Shown here: positions 25,077-32,526 of the stretch, in pieces
How the letters are laid out: each line of letters opens with the position of its first letter
Position numbering within the stretch: position 1 is the stretch's first letter
Origin: Candidatus Limnocylindrales bacterium
GTDB taxonomy: Bacteria > Chloroflexota > Limnocylindria > Limnocylindrales > CSP1-4
Assembly (NCBI GenBank): GCA_035703005.1
Contig: DASSZA010000247.1
Span: 1 to 40,963 of the forward strand
Length of the DNA: 40,963 nt
Direction: 5' to 3'
Notes under the pieces: model-generated
What the model saw: the letters and a program-made list of their open reading frames with translations, nothing else
Told to the model about the DNA's origin: nothing
Databases searched by the model: none
Program-made: the position numbers and the translations under genes

Positions 25077-25580
25077 ATGCATACCGAGATCGCGATCGAT
25101 ATCGACGCTTCGCCAGAGCTGGTGTTCGCGCTCGCCCACGACGTCGAGCGGTGGTCCGACTTGCTGCCGCACTACGTTCGATCCCGAGCCCGCGACCATG
25201 ACGCCTGGGGCCGACCGTTGGTCGATTTCATCGCGCGACGGCCACTCGTGGCCACGCTCGGCCTCGGGCTCCCTGTCGCGTGGCGGTCCCGGACGTGGAA
25301 CGAGCCCGAGACGCTTCGGCTGCGCTTCGAGCACGTCGCCGGCGCGACGCGCGGCATGTCGGTGGTTTGGGACATCGACACGCGCGGAGGCGGGGACGCA
25401 TGTCGCGTGACGATCAGGCACGAGTTCTCCCCTCGGGTACCAGGATTCGCGCGCTTCGTCGACCGCTTCTTCACCCGGCCGATCGCCGGGCGGACGCTGG
25501 CGACGTTCAAGACGCTGGCGGAAGCGGTCGATTCGGTCGACGGATCCGACCCGACCTCGCCGACGCATCGTACGGCATGA
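25077..25580 (+). CDS. SRPBCC (polyketide cyclase/dehydrase-like) family protein
   Basis: MHTEIAIDIDASPELVFALAHDVERWSDLLPHY..., the typical SRPBCC N-terminus. Confidence 0.75.
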   Translation: MHTEIAIDIDASPELVFALAHDVERWSDLLPHYVRSRARDHDAWGRPLVDFIARRPLVATLGLGLPVAWRSRTWNEPETLRLRFEHVAGATRGMSVVWDIDTRGGGDACRVTIRHEFSPRVPGFARFVDRFFTRPIAGRTLATFKTLAEAVDSVDGSDPTSPTHRTA

Positions 25581-26836
25581 CACATCGTCGGATCTGGATC
25601 ACGGGGCTCGGTCTCGTGACGCCCATCGGCACCGGTGTCGACGCCTTCCGAGCCGGGCTGCGCGCAGCGACGTCGCCGGTGAAGCGGATCGATCGGTTCG
25701 ATCCCTCGCCGTTCCGCAGTCAGGTCGCGGCACAGGTCGACGACTTCGACGCGCTCGCGTGGATGCCGCCCAAGACCGCGCGTCAACTCGATCGGTTCAG
25801 CCAGTTCGCGATGGTTGCCGGCCAGCTCGCCCTCGACGACGCGCGCTTGAGACCCGGCGAGGACGGCGCCGCGGACCCCGACCGGATCGGGATCTATCTC
25901 GGCTCGGCGTTGGGTGGCATCGCCTTCGCCGAGGAGCAGCACGAGCGTTACCTCGACAAGGGGATCCGGCAGGTGGCCCCGACCCTTGCACTCGCCGTCT
26001 TCGGCGGTGCCGCGCCGGCGAACCTGGGCATCGCGCTCGACGTGCGCGGGCCGATCCTCTCGACAGCGAACTCATGTGCGTCGGGCGGCGTCGCGCTCGG
26101 CGAGGCGCTGGGCGACCTGCGTGATGGGCGGATCGACGCGGCGATCGCCGGCGGCTGTGAGGTGCCGTTGTCGCCACTTGCGTTCGGCGCGTTCGACATC
26201 ATCAGGGCCCTCGGCGCGGGCCACAACGACGATCCCGGTCACGCCGCACGGCCGTTCGACGCCGGACGTGACGGGTTCGTCATGGGCGAGGGCGCGGCAT
26301 TGCTGGTCCTCGAGGAGGCGGAAGCCGCGGAACGTCGAGGCGCCACGCCGTACGCCGAGATCCTCGGATACGGCGCGACGTCCGATGCCCATCACATGGT
26401 CCAGCCCCGAGCCGACGGCCGCGAGGCCGGCCGTGCCGCAGCGATCGCCCTCGACGATGGCGAGGTCGATCCCGGCGAGATCGACTACGTCAACGCGCAC
26501 GCGTCATCGACGCCGATCGGCGATGTCGCGGAGGCGCGCGCGCTGACGATCGCGCTCGGCGAGCGCGCCGCGACGGTGCCGGTCAGTGGGACCAAGGCGC
26601 TGTACGGACATCCCCTCGGGGCCTCAGGAGCGATCGAGGCGGCGATCTGTGCGCTCGCGATCCGCGACGGGTGGGCGCCATCGTCCGTCAATCTCGTGGA
26701 GTCCGAACCGGCGCTCGCCGATCTCCTCCCAGGCCTGCTTCGCTCCGGACGGGACGGGACCTACCGACGGGTGCTGAGCACCTCGTTCGGCTTCGGCGGA
26801 CTGAACGCCGCACTGGTGTTCGGCGGGGTCGACTGA
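25577..26836 (+). CDS. Beta-ketoacyl synthase, FabF/KAS-II type
   Basis: Cys-His-His triad contexts: STANSCASG, SDAHHMV, VNAHASSTPIGD; C-terminal SFGFGGLNAALVF. ATGA overlap with the SRPBCC stop. Confidence 0.9.
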   Translation: MTHRRIWITGLGLVTPIGTGVDAFRAGLRAATSPVKRIDRFDPSPFRSQVAAQVDDFDALAWMPPKTARQLDRFSQFAMVAGQLALDDARLRPGEDGAADPDRIGIYLGSALGGIAFAEEQHERYLDKGIRQVAPTLALAVFGGAAPANLGIALDVRGPILSTANSCASGGVALGEALGDLRDGRIDAAIAGGCEVPLSPLAFGAFDIIRALGAGHNDDPGHAARPFDAGRDGFVMGEGAALLVLEEAEAAERRGATPYAEILGYGATSDAHHMVQPRADGREAGRAAAIALDDGEVDPGEIDYVNAHASSTPIGDVAEARALTIALGERAATVPVSGTKALYGHPLGASGAIEAAICALAIRDGWAPSSVNLVESEPALADLLPGLLRSGRDGTYRRVLSTSFGFGGLNAALVFGGVD

Positions 26837-28140
26837 AGGACCGCGGCGGCATCGACGTCGCCGATGCCCTTCGCGACTTCGCCCTGCTCGCGCGCCCGGA
26901 TCCGGCGATACCAAACGAACGCTCCGAGGCCGCTGGCGAGCGATAGCACACCTCCGACCGCGATCGCTTCGAGGATCCCGACTTTTGAAGCGAGCGCGCC
27001 CATAAGAAGGCCGCCGATCGGCATCGACGCCGAGAAGACCGTCGTGTAGACGCTCATCACGCGGCCGCGGAGCCCGTCGGGGACCGCCAGCTGGATCGTC
27101 GCATTGGCCGTGGCGGCCATCGTGATGCCGCCCGCCCCGATCGGGACCATCAGCAGCAGCGAGACCGGGAACGAGGTCGACATCGCCAGCAGGATCGAGG
27201 CGACGCCGAGCAGGATCGCCCCGCCGACGATGCGACTCGCCCGCGGTCGGCCCGACAGGACGAGGCCGACAGCCGCCCCGAGCGCCCCGATCCCGCTGGC
27301 CGCCATCAGGAAGCCGTAGCCGGATGCGTCGCTCCCGAGCGCCTGGGCGAGCGGCGGGATCACGACCTGGAAGTTCATCCCGAACGTGGCGACGAGGCCG
27401 ACCGTGGTGACCGCGAGCAGCACGATCGGTGTGTGACGAACGAACGCGAGACCCTCTCTCAGGTTCTCGACGACCGCGCCGGCAGAGCGAGGCGCCGGGA
27501 CGAGCCGCGCGAGGTGCAGTTCGTCGTCGCGCATGAGCGCCAGGCCGACGATGACGGCGAGGAAGCTCAACGCGTTGATGGCGAACGCGGGGGCGATCCC
27601 GAACGCGCCGATGGTCAGGCCGGCGACCGCGGGTCCGACGACGCGGGCGCCGTTGAACATGGCCGAGTTGATGGCGACGGCGTTGCCGATGTCGCGCGGC
27701 CCGACCATCTCGATCGCGAAGGCCTGGCGGACGGGCATGTCGACGGCGTTCGCGCAGCCGAGCAGCACGGCGAGCACGAGGATCATCCAGACCTCTACGA
27801 CGTTCGTCGCGGTCAGCACCGTGAGGATCGCGGCCAGGACCATCATGGTGGCCTGGACCGCGATGAGCGTCTGGCGCTTGGGCAGGACGTCCGCGAGGAT
27901 CCCGGCGAACAGGCCGAGGATCATGACCGGCAGGAACTGCGCGCTCGCGACGACACCGAGCCAGAACGGGTCGCCGGTCAGGGTGAGGACGAGCCAGCCC
28001 TGGGCGACCTGCTGCATCCAGGTGCCGACGAGCGAGATCGCCTGCCCGCCGAAGAACAATCGGTAGTTGCGATGGCGGAACGGCGCGGCCGCCTTGCCCC
28101 AGGCCACGCGGCTCGACCCTGGGAGGGTGACGCCGGTCAT
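26761..28140 (-). CDS. MFS transporter (EntS/MFS_3-like)
   Basis: FRHRNYRLFFGGQAISLVGTWMQQVAQGWLVL, the typical N-terminus; 12 hydrophobic segments. The 3' end overlaps the KS gene by 76 nt. Confidence 0.85.
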   Translation of the reverse strand: MTGVTLPGSSRVAWGKAAAPFRHRNYRLFFGGQAISLVGTWMQQVAQGWLVLTLTGDPFWLGVVASAQFLPVMILGLFAGILADVLPKRQTLIAVQATMMVLAAILTVLTATNVVEVWMILVLAVLLGCANAVDMPVRQAFAIEMVGPRDIGNAVAINSAMFNGARVVGPAVAGLTIGAFGIAPAFAINALSFLAVIVGLALMRDDELHLARLVPAPRSAGAVVENLREGLAFVRHTPIVLLAVTTVGLVATFGMNFQVVIPPLAQALGSDASGYGFLMAASGIGALGAAVGLVLSGRPRASRIVGGAILLGVASILLAMSTSFPVSLLLMVPIGAGGITMAATANATIQLAVPDGLRGRVMSVYTTVFSASMPIGGLLMGALASKVGILEAIAVGGVLSLASGLGAFVWYRRIRAREQGEVAKGIGDVDAAAVLQSTPPNTSAAFSPPKPNEVLSTRR

Positions 28141-28643
28141 CGGACGTGCCCCCGGCGCTCAGGATGGGGATCCGGACCGCCCTCGAGCTCGGCGAGGTGC
28201 TCGTCGAGATGCCGTCGGCGTTCCTTCGCCGCATCGATCATCTCGGCGAGGCGTGCGGCCTTCGCCTCAAGGGTCTCGATCTGGCGCTCGACGCGGTCTC
28301 GCGCGTCATTGATGAGTGCGCGTCGCTCGGTCGGGTCGTGCGACGAGCGGAACCGTTCGCGATTGCGCTCTCGAGCCGCTTCGTCTTCGAGCAGCTGGCC
28401 GATCTGGGCGAGTGAGAACCCGGCCTCGTCGCGGAGCTCCTTGATCGTGCGGAGGCGCTCGAGATCCGACGCGTCGTAGAGGCGGTACGCACCCTCGGAG
28501 CGGGCGGCGGGTTCGAGGAGGCCGACCTCCTGGTAATAGCGGATCGACCGCGGTGTCAGGCCGGTCTCGGCCGCGACTTCCTGGATCTTGAGGAGGGCTG
28601 TGCCTGGGGTCGAGGTCGTCGTCGTGGGAGTCGTTGCGGGCAT
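28137..28643 (-). CDS. MerR-family transcriptional regulator
   Basis: HTH LKIQEVAAETGLTPRSIRYYQEVGLL followed by a coiled-coil. ATGA overlap with the MFS start. Confidence 0.9.
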   Translation of the reverse strand: MPATTPTTTTSTPGTALLKIQEVAAETGLTPRSIRYYQEVGLLEPAARSEGAYRLYDASDLERLRTIKELRDEAGFSLAQIGQLLEDEAARERNRERFRSSHDPTERRALINDARDRVERQIETLEAKAARLAEMIDAAKERRRHLDEHLAELEGGPDPHPERRGHVR

Positions 28644-28650
28644 CGCGCTG

Positions 28651-28683
28651 ACGATACCACAACCTTGACGTTTACGTGAAGGT
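28651..28683 (-). promoter_or_regulatory. merR promoter/operator: -10 box TATCGT (28651-28656), 7 nt before the ATG, abutting the 22-bp imperfect palindrome ACCTTGACGTTTACGTGAAGGT (28662-28683)
   Basis: Read directly. The palindrome halves ACCTTGACGT / ACGTGAAGGT mismatch at one position per half. Confidence 0.5.
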
Positions 28684-29055
28684 TAGCGTCGTCCCATTGG
28701 GATCATCGGTTGACCGCGGCCGCGGCCGGACGGCCCTGGTGGCAACGTGGGCGAGGTCGGATAGCACGTTCCCGCGGCCCGAACTCGGCCGGATTCGTCG
28801 CGTTCCCGCCGTCCGTGGGCGATCGGCCGTATGCCAGATATTCGCCCTACGGATGGTAGGCACCGCGGATCGCCGTCGACGGTCATCACGTCAGGCTGGC
28901 GACGTCGGCGCGCGCGCGGGTCCACCCGCAACTGGCTATCGGCAGCCAGGGCGGCATCGGCGACCCGTCGACCGGCTGCCTAGCATCCTCCTGGCGAATA
29001 GCTGGCACATTGCCGCAGGGTCCGACCAGGGCAGGAGCGGCCCCACGAGGACCGG

Positions 29056-29168
29056 CACTTTCGTGGCAAGAGTTGCACCCACAGATCGTCATGCCACGGC
29101 GCGAGGTCGCCAGAGCCCGATTCGGGGCCTAATGCGTCACCAAGGTGCGATTCCTGCCACGAAACGTG
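29056..29168 (+). ncRNA. Candidate structured RNA element (nested stems; no family recognised)
   Basis: P1: 29059-29068 pairs with 29155-29164 (10 bp), plus CAC/GTG after a 1-nt bulge. P2: 29072-29079 with 29144-29151. P3: 29088-29094 with 29134-29140. Two terminal hairpins at 29098-29111 and 29115-29128. Three G-T pairs would be C-A mismatches on the minus strand. Confidence 0.3.
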
Positions 29169-29188
29169 GTCGGAACGACCATTGCGTT

Positions 29189-29270
29189 CCCCGGGCGCAA
29201 GTCCTGCCAGCTTCGCGCGTCCGCCCGTCCACGCTCGCGGAACGCCGCAGCCGACCGTCGGCGCCCGGGG
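29189..29270 (-). terminator. Long GC hairpin (CCCCGGGCGC ... GCGCCCGGGG, 10-bp perfect arms) 10 nt downstream of the deoC stop
   Basis: Arms at 29189-29198 and 29261-29270 with a 62-nt interior. No U-tract. Confidence 0.4.
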
Positions 29271-29279
29271 AGTAGCGAT

Positions 29280-30272
29280 CTAGTCGATCGTGAAGGCGTC
29301 CGGGTCCTGGTAGCGCCCCGAGCGCTGGAACTCGATCTGCATCAGCACGTCGTTGAGCAGCGACGACGCGCCGAACCGGAACCAGTTCGGACTCATCCAG
29401 CGCGGGCCGAGCGTCTCGTACAGGATCACGAGGTACTGGATCGCTTCCTTCGCGGTCCGGATGCCGCCGGCGGGCTTCATCCCGACCTGACGTCCGGTCG
29501 CCCGCTCGAAGTCCCGGATCGCCTCGAGCATCACAAGCGTCACCGGCATCGTCGCGGCCGGCGTCACCTTGCCGGTCGAGGTCTTGATGAAGTCGGCGCC
29601 CGCTGCCATCGCGAGGATCGACGCTCGCCGCACGTTGTCGTACGTCTCGAGCTCGCCGGTCTCCAGGATGACCTTCAGGTGCGCGTCGCCGGCGGCTTCC
29701 TTGACCTCCACGATCTCCTCGAAGACCGTCGCGTAGTCACCGGACAGGAAGGCTCCACGGTCGATGACCATGTCGACCTCGTCGGCGCCGGCCTCGACCG
29801 CGGCGCGCGTCTCGGCGAGCTTGATGTCCAGGAACGTCTGGCCGCTGGGGAACCCGGTCGCGACGCTGGCGACCTTCACGTCGCTCCCCTTCAGTGCGTC
29901 CTTCGCCTCGGCGACCAGCGCCGGGTAGACGCAGATCGCGGCGACCGAGGGGATCGAAGGATCGCCCGGCTTCGGGTGCATGCCCTTCACGCACAGCGCT
30001 CGGACTTTCCCCGGCGTGTCCTTTCCCTCGAGCGTCGTCAGATCCATCATCCGGATCGAGAGGTCGAGCGCCCATAGCTTCGAGGCCTTCTTGATCGACC
30101 GCTTCCTGAGCGCATCCACGCGAGCCTCGACGCCGACCTGGTCGACGGTCGAGACCCGCCCGAGGAGGCTGCCGAGCGGATCGCCGATCGAGCGCGACCG
30201 GCCATCCCAGGCACGGATCAGCTCGTTGGCCCGTTCGCGGGCGAGGGTGTCGGGACGCTTGGTCGCGGTCAT
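29280..30272 (-). CDS. deoC: Deoxyribose-phosphate aldolase (long actinobacterial form)
   Basis: MMDLTTLEG, ASVATGFPSG, FIKTSTGK (Schiff-base Lys context), MKPAGGIR. Confidence 0.9.
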   Translation of the reverse strand: MTATKRPDTLARERANELIRAWDGRSRSIGDPLGSLLGRVSTVDQVGVEARVDALRKRSIKKASKLWALDLSIRMMDLTTLEGKDTPGKVRALCVKGMHPKPGDPSIPSVAAICVYPALVAEAKDALKGSDVKVASVATGFPSGQTFLDIKLAETRAAVEAGADEVDMVIDRGAFLSGDYATVFEEIVEVKEAAGDAHLKVILETGELETYDNVRRASILAMAAGADFIKTSTGKVTPAATMPVTLVMLEAIRDFERATGRQVGMKPAGGIRTAKEAIQYLVILYETLGPRWMSPNWFRFGASSLLNDVLMQIEFQRSGRYQDPDAFTID

Positions 30273-30281
30273 GGGACGGAG

Positions 30282-30287
30282 AGGATA
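30282..30287 (-). promoter_or_regulatory. Candidate -10 box TATCCT, 9 nt before the deoC ATG
   Basis: Minus strand reads GGCGTATCCTCTCCGTCCC-ATG. Confidence 0.35.
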
Positions 30288-30321
30288 CGCCTAGCGTCGA
30301 ACCACGCCCGCCGACGGTTCG

Positions 30322-32442
30322 CTAGCGCCCGCCGTGGACCTTCGGTAGCGGTGGCATGCCGCGCTTGCCCTCGATCAGGAAATGACGGAACCAGTCGAGC
30401 ACGATGCGCAGGTTCTCGACGCGGCGGAACGGGGTACCGGAACGCGTCAGTTCGTGGGTCTCCTCGGGGACCCGCAGGAGCCGGACCGGCCGGCGAAGCG
30501 TGCGCAGGACCGTGAAGAGCGCCTCGGCCTGGCCGACGGTCGTCCGGATGTCACGCTCGGAGTGCTGGATGAGCAGCGGGGTATGGATCCGGTCGGCGTA
30601 GGTGAGCGGCGAGATCTCCCGGTAGTACTCGGGGTCGCTCCAGGGCGTGGCCTCGAACTCCAGGTTCGCCCAGTCGCCGCCGCTGATATCACCCGTCAGG
30701 AAGAGCATCGACATGTCGCTCACGCAGCGGCAGGTCATCGCCGCGCGGAACCGGTCGTCGTGGCCGATGATCCAGTTCGTCAGGTAGCCGCCATACGAGC
30801 CGCCCGTGAGCCCGAGACGCTCCGGGTCCGCCAGCCCCTCCGCGACGAGCGCGTCGATGCCGGCGAGCACGTCGCGCATCGGGCCGGGTCCCCAGTCGCG
30901 ATGGTTGCCGTCGTTGAAGTCCTGCCCGTATCCCTCTGACCCGCGCGGGTTGCAGTAGAAGACGCCGATGCCCGCGCCGGCGAGGACCTGGAATTCCCAG
31001 AACGGCGACCACGCGTACAACGTGTGCGGCCCGCCGTGGATCTGCGTGACGAGCGGACTCCCCTTCCCGCCGCCCGGCATGAACCAGCCCTGGATCGATA
31101 GCCCATCGACCTGGCTGCACCGTTCGACCGGCTCGATGAGCGTCAGTTCCTCGAGAACGTCGGCGTTGAACGCCGTCAGCGGACGGGGCTCCTGGCCCTC
31201 GTCGAGCACCCACAGGTCGGGCGGCGAGGTCGGCGTCGAGCGGAGGTAGACGTGGCGCGTCCCGGCGCCGTTCGTCACCCCATCGAACGACGACAGGTGG
31301 TGCCGCCCTTGGGTCAGCCGCTTGACGGCTCCGTCGGGGACGGAGAGGCGCCACAGTTCGTAGCTGCCGTCGATCGGCGCGAGGAAGTCGATGCTGCGAC
31401 CGTCGGGCGTCGGGATCAGTCGAGCGTTCTCACCCTTGGTCACGTCTGTCGCGACCCCCGAACCTGGCATCAGGTCATGGCGACCCGAGAGGCTACGGCC
31501 GCCGTCGGCGTCCGCCTCGGAGCCATCGGCTGGAAACAGCCAGACATCGTTGCGGCTGCCGCCACGCCCCTCGAGCTTCGACCCGAGAGCTGCGATCGTC
31601 CGGCCGTCCGATAGCCAGACAGGCGCGCCGAAGACGGACTTGGGTCCACCGGTCACCGCGTGGACGGCGCGCGTCTCGACGTCGACGACGTGGATGGCCG
31701 GCCGCTCAGCGAGGTCGGCGTCGCGATGCCGGTCGGACACGAAGGCGACCCGAGTCCCGTCGGTTGACCAGGCCGGCTCGAGATCGGACACGGTCCCATC
31801 CGTGAGCCGCGACGCGGCGCCCGACGCGACGTCGACCAGCCAGAGGTGACGGATGCGGTCGTACTGGAAGCCCGGCCCATTCAGCATGTAGCCGAGACGG
31901 TCGATGAAGCGGTAGTCGGACTCCGGCTCCTCGTACGAACGCGGCTTGCGGGCCTTGCCACGTCGACGGGCGTCTTCCTCGTACGTCGCGCCGTGCGAGG
32001 TCGACACGACGACGAAGCGCTTCCCGTCGGGTGACCATTCGAACGCCTCGACGCCGCGCGGCAGATCGGAGACACGCCTCGCCTCGCCGGGACCGTCGAC
32101 CGGCAGGACGTGGATCTGGTCCTTGTCCTCACGCTCGCTAGCGTCTTTCGGGCGGGCGGGCTCGGCCTCGGCCTGCAACCGGCGGTCCGAGATGAAGGCC
32201 AGCCAACGACCATCCGGCGAGAAACGCGCCGCGCGATCGTTGCGAGCCCCGATCGTCAGCTGGCGCGGGCCGCCGTCCCGGGCGGGATCCGTCGGGACCA
32301 GCCAGAGCGCCTGCCGATACTCGTCGTAAGTGGGAGCGACCGACTGGAGCGTGACGACGGCCCATCGCCCGTCCGGCGAGAGGCAGGGTTCCGTCGCGAT
32401 GCGCAGCCGATACAGGTCGTCAGGGCGCGGGGGGCGCGGCAC
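30322..32442 (-). CDS. S9-family serine peptidase (acylaminoacyl-peptidase/prolyl-oligopeptidase-like) with an N-terminal beta-propeller
   Basis: Repeated SPDGRW/SPDGKR propeller blades. Nucleophile elbow GGSYGGY. C-terminal HSERDIR and EETHEL (Asp/His contexts). GTG start. Confidence 0.9.
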   Translation of the reverse strand: MPRPPRPDDLYRLRIATEPCLSPDGRWAVVTLQSVAPTYDEYRQALWLVPTDPARDGGPRQLTIGARNDRAARFSPDGRWLAFISDRRLQAEAEPARPKDASEREDKDQIHVLPVDGPGEARRVSDLPRGVEAFEWSPDGKRFVVVSTSHGATYEEDARRRGKARKPRSYEEPESDYRFIDRLGYMLNGPGFQYDRIRHLWLVDVASGAASRLTDGTVSDLEPAWSTDGTRVAFVSDRHRDADLAERPAIHVVDVETRAVHAVTGGPKSVFGAPVWLSDGRTIAALGSKLEGRGGSRNDVWLFPADGSEADADGGRSLSGRHDLMPGSGVATDVTKGENARLIPTPDGRSIDFLAPIDGSYELWRLSVPDGAVKRLTQGRHHLSSFDGVTNGAGTRHVYLRSTPTSPPDLWVLDEGQEPRPLTAFNADVLEELTLIEPVERCSQVDGLSIQGWFMPGGGKGSPLVTQIHGGPHTLYAWSPFWEFQVLAGAGIGVFYCNPRGSEGYGQDFNDGNHRDWGPGPMRDVLAGIDALVAEGLADPERLGLTGGSYGGYLTNWIIGHDDRFRAAMTCRCVSDMSMLFLTGDISGGDWANLEFEATPWSDPEYYREISPLTYADRIHTPLLIQHSERDIRTTVGQAEALFTVLRTLRRPVRLLRVPEETHELTRSGTPFRRVENLRIVLDWFRHFLIEGKRGMPPLPKVHGGR

Positions 32443-32448
32443 GCGGAG

Positions 32449-32454
32449 AGTCTA
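32449..32454 (-). promoter_or_regulatory. Candidate -10 box TAGACT, 6 nt before GTG 32442 (leaderless-type)
   Basis: Minus strand reads ACGACTAGACTCTCCGC-GTG. Confidence 0.4.
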
Positions 32455-32512
32455 GTCGTACCACGTGCGCGCGCAGGGCCGTCCCGACGCGGCCGCGCTG
32501 GCCTGCCAGGAC

Positions 32513-32518
32513 TACCAT
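32513..32518 (+). promoter_or_regulatory. Candidate -10 box TACCAT, 8 nt before ATG 32527 (leaderless-type)
   Basis: Plus strand reads GGACTACCATCGGCGCGG-ATG. Confidence 0.4.
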
Positions 32519-32526
32519 CGGCGCGG

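Noticed and set aside
28886-29092. 68-aa minus-strand ORF with a Cys-rich N-terminus (MTICGCNSCHE...) in the long non-coding region, considered as a possible RiPP precursor or metal-binding peptide
   Set aside because: Many codons end in T or A, unlike real genes here. There is no SD or -10 box, and no modifying enzyme lies adjacent. The sequence overlaps the predicted RNA helices.
28644-29279. Known housekeeping RNAs (RNase P RNA, tmRNA, SRP/4.5S RNA, tRNA, cobalamin riboswitch) in the long intergenic region
   Set aside because: I could not find their signature strings on either strand: GAGGAAAGTCCGG, GGTTTCGAC with a ...CCACCA end, GGTCCGGAAGGAAGCAGC, a GTTCGAATC-type T-loop, or a B12 box. 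Only a covariance-model search can settle this.
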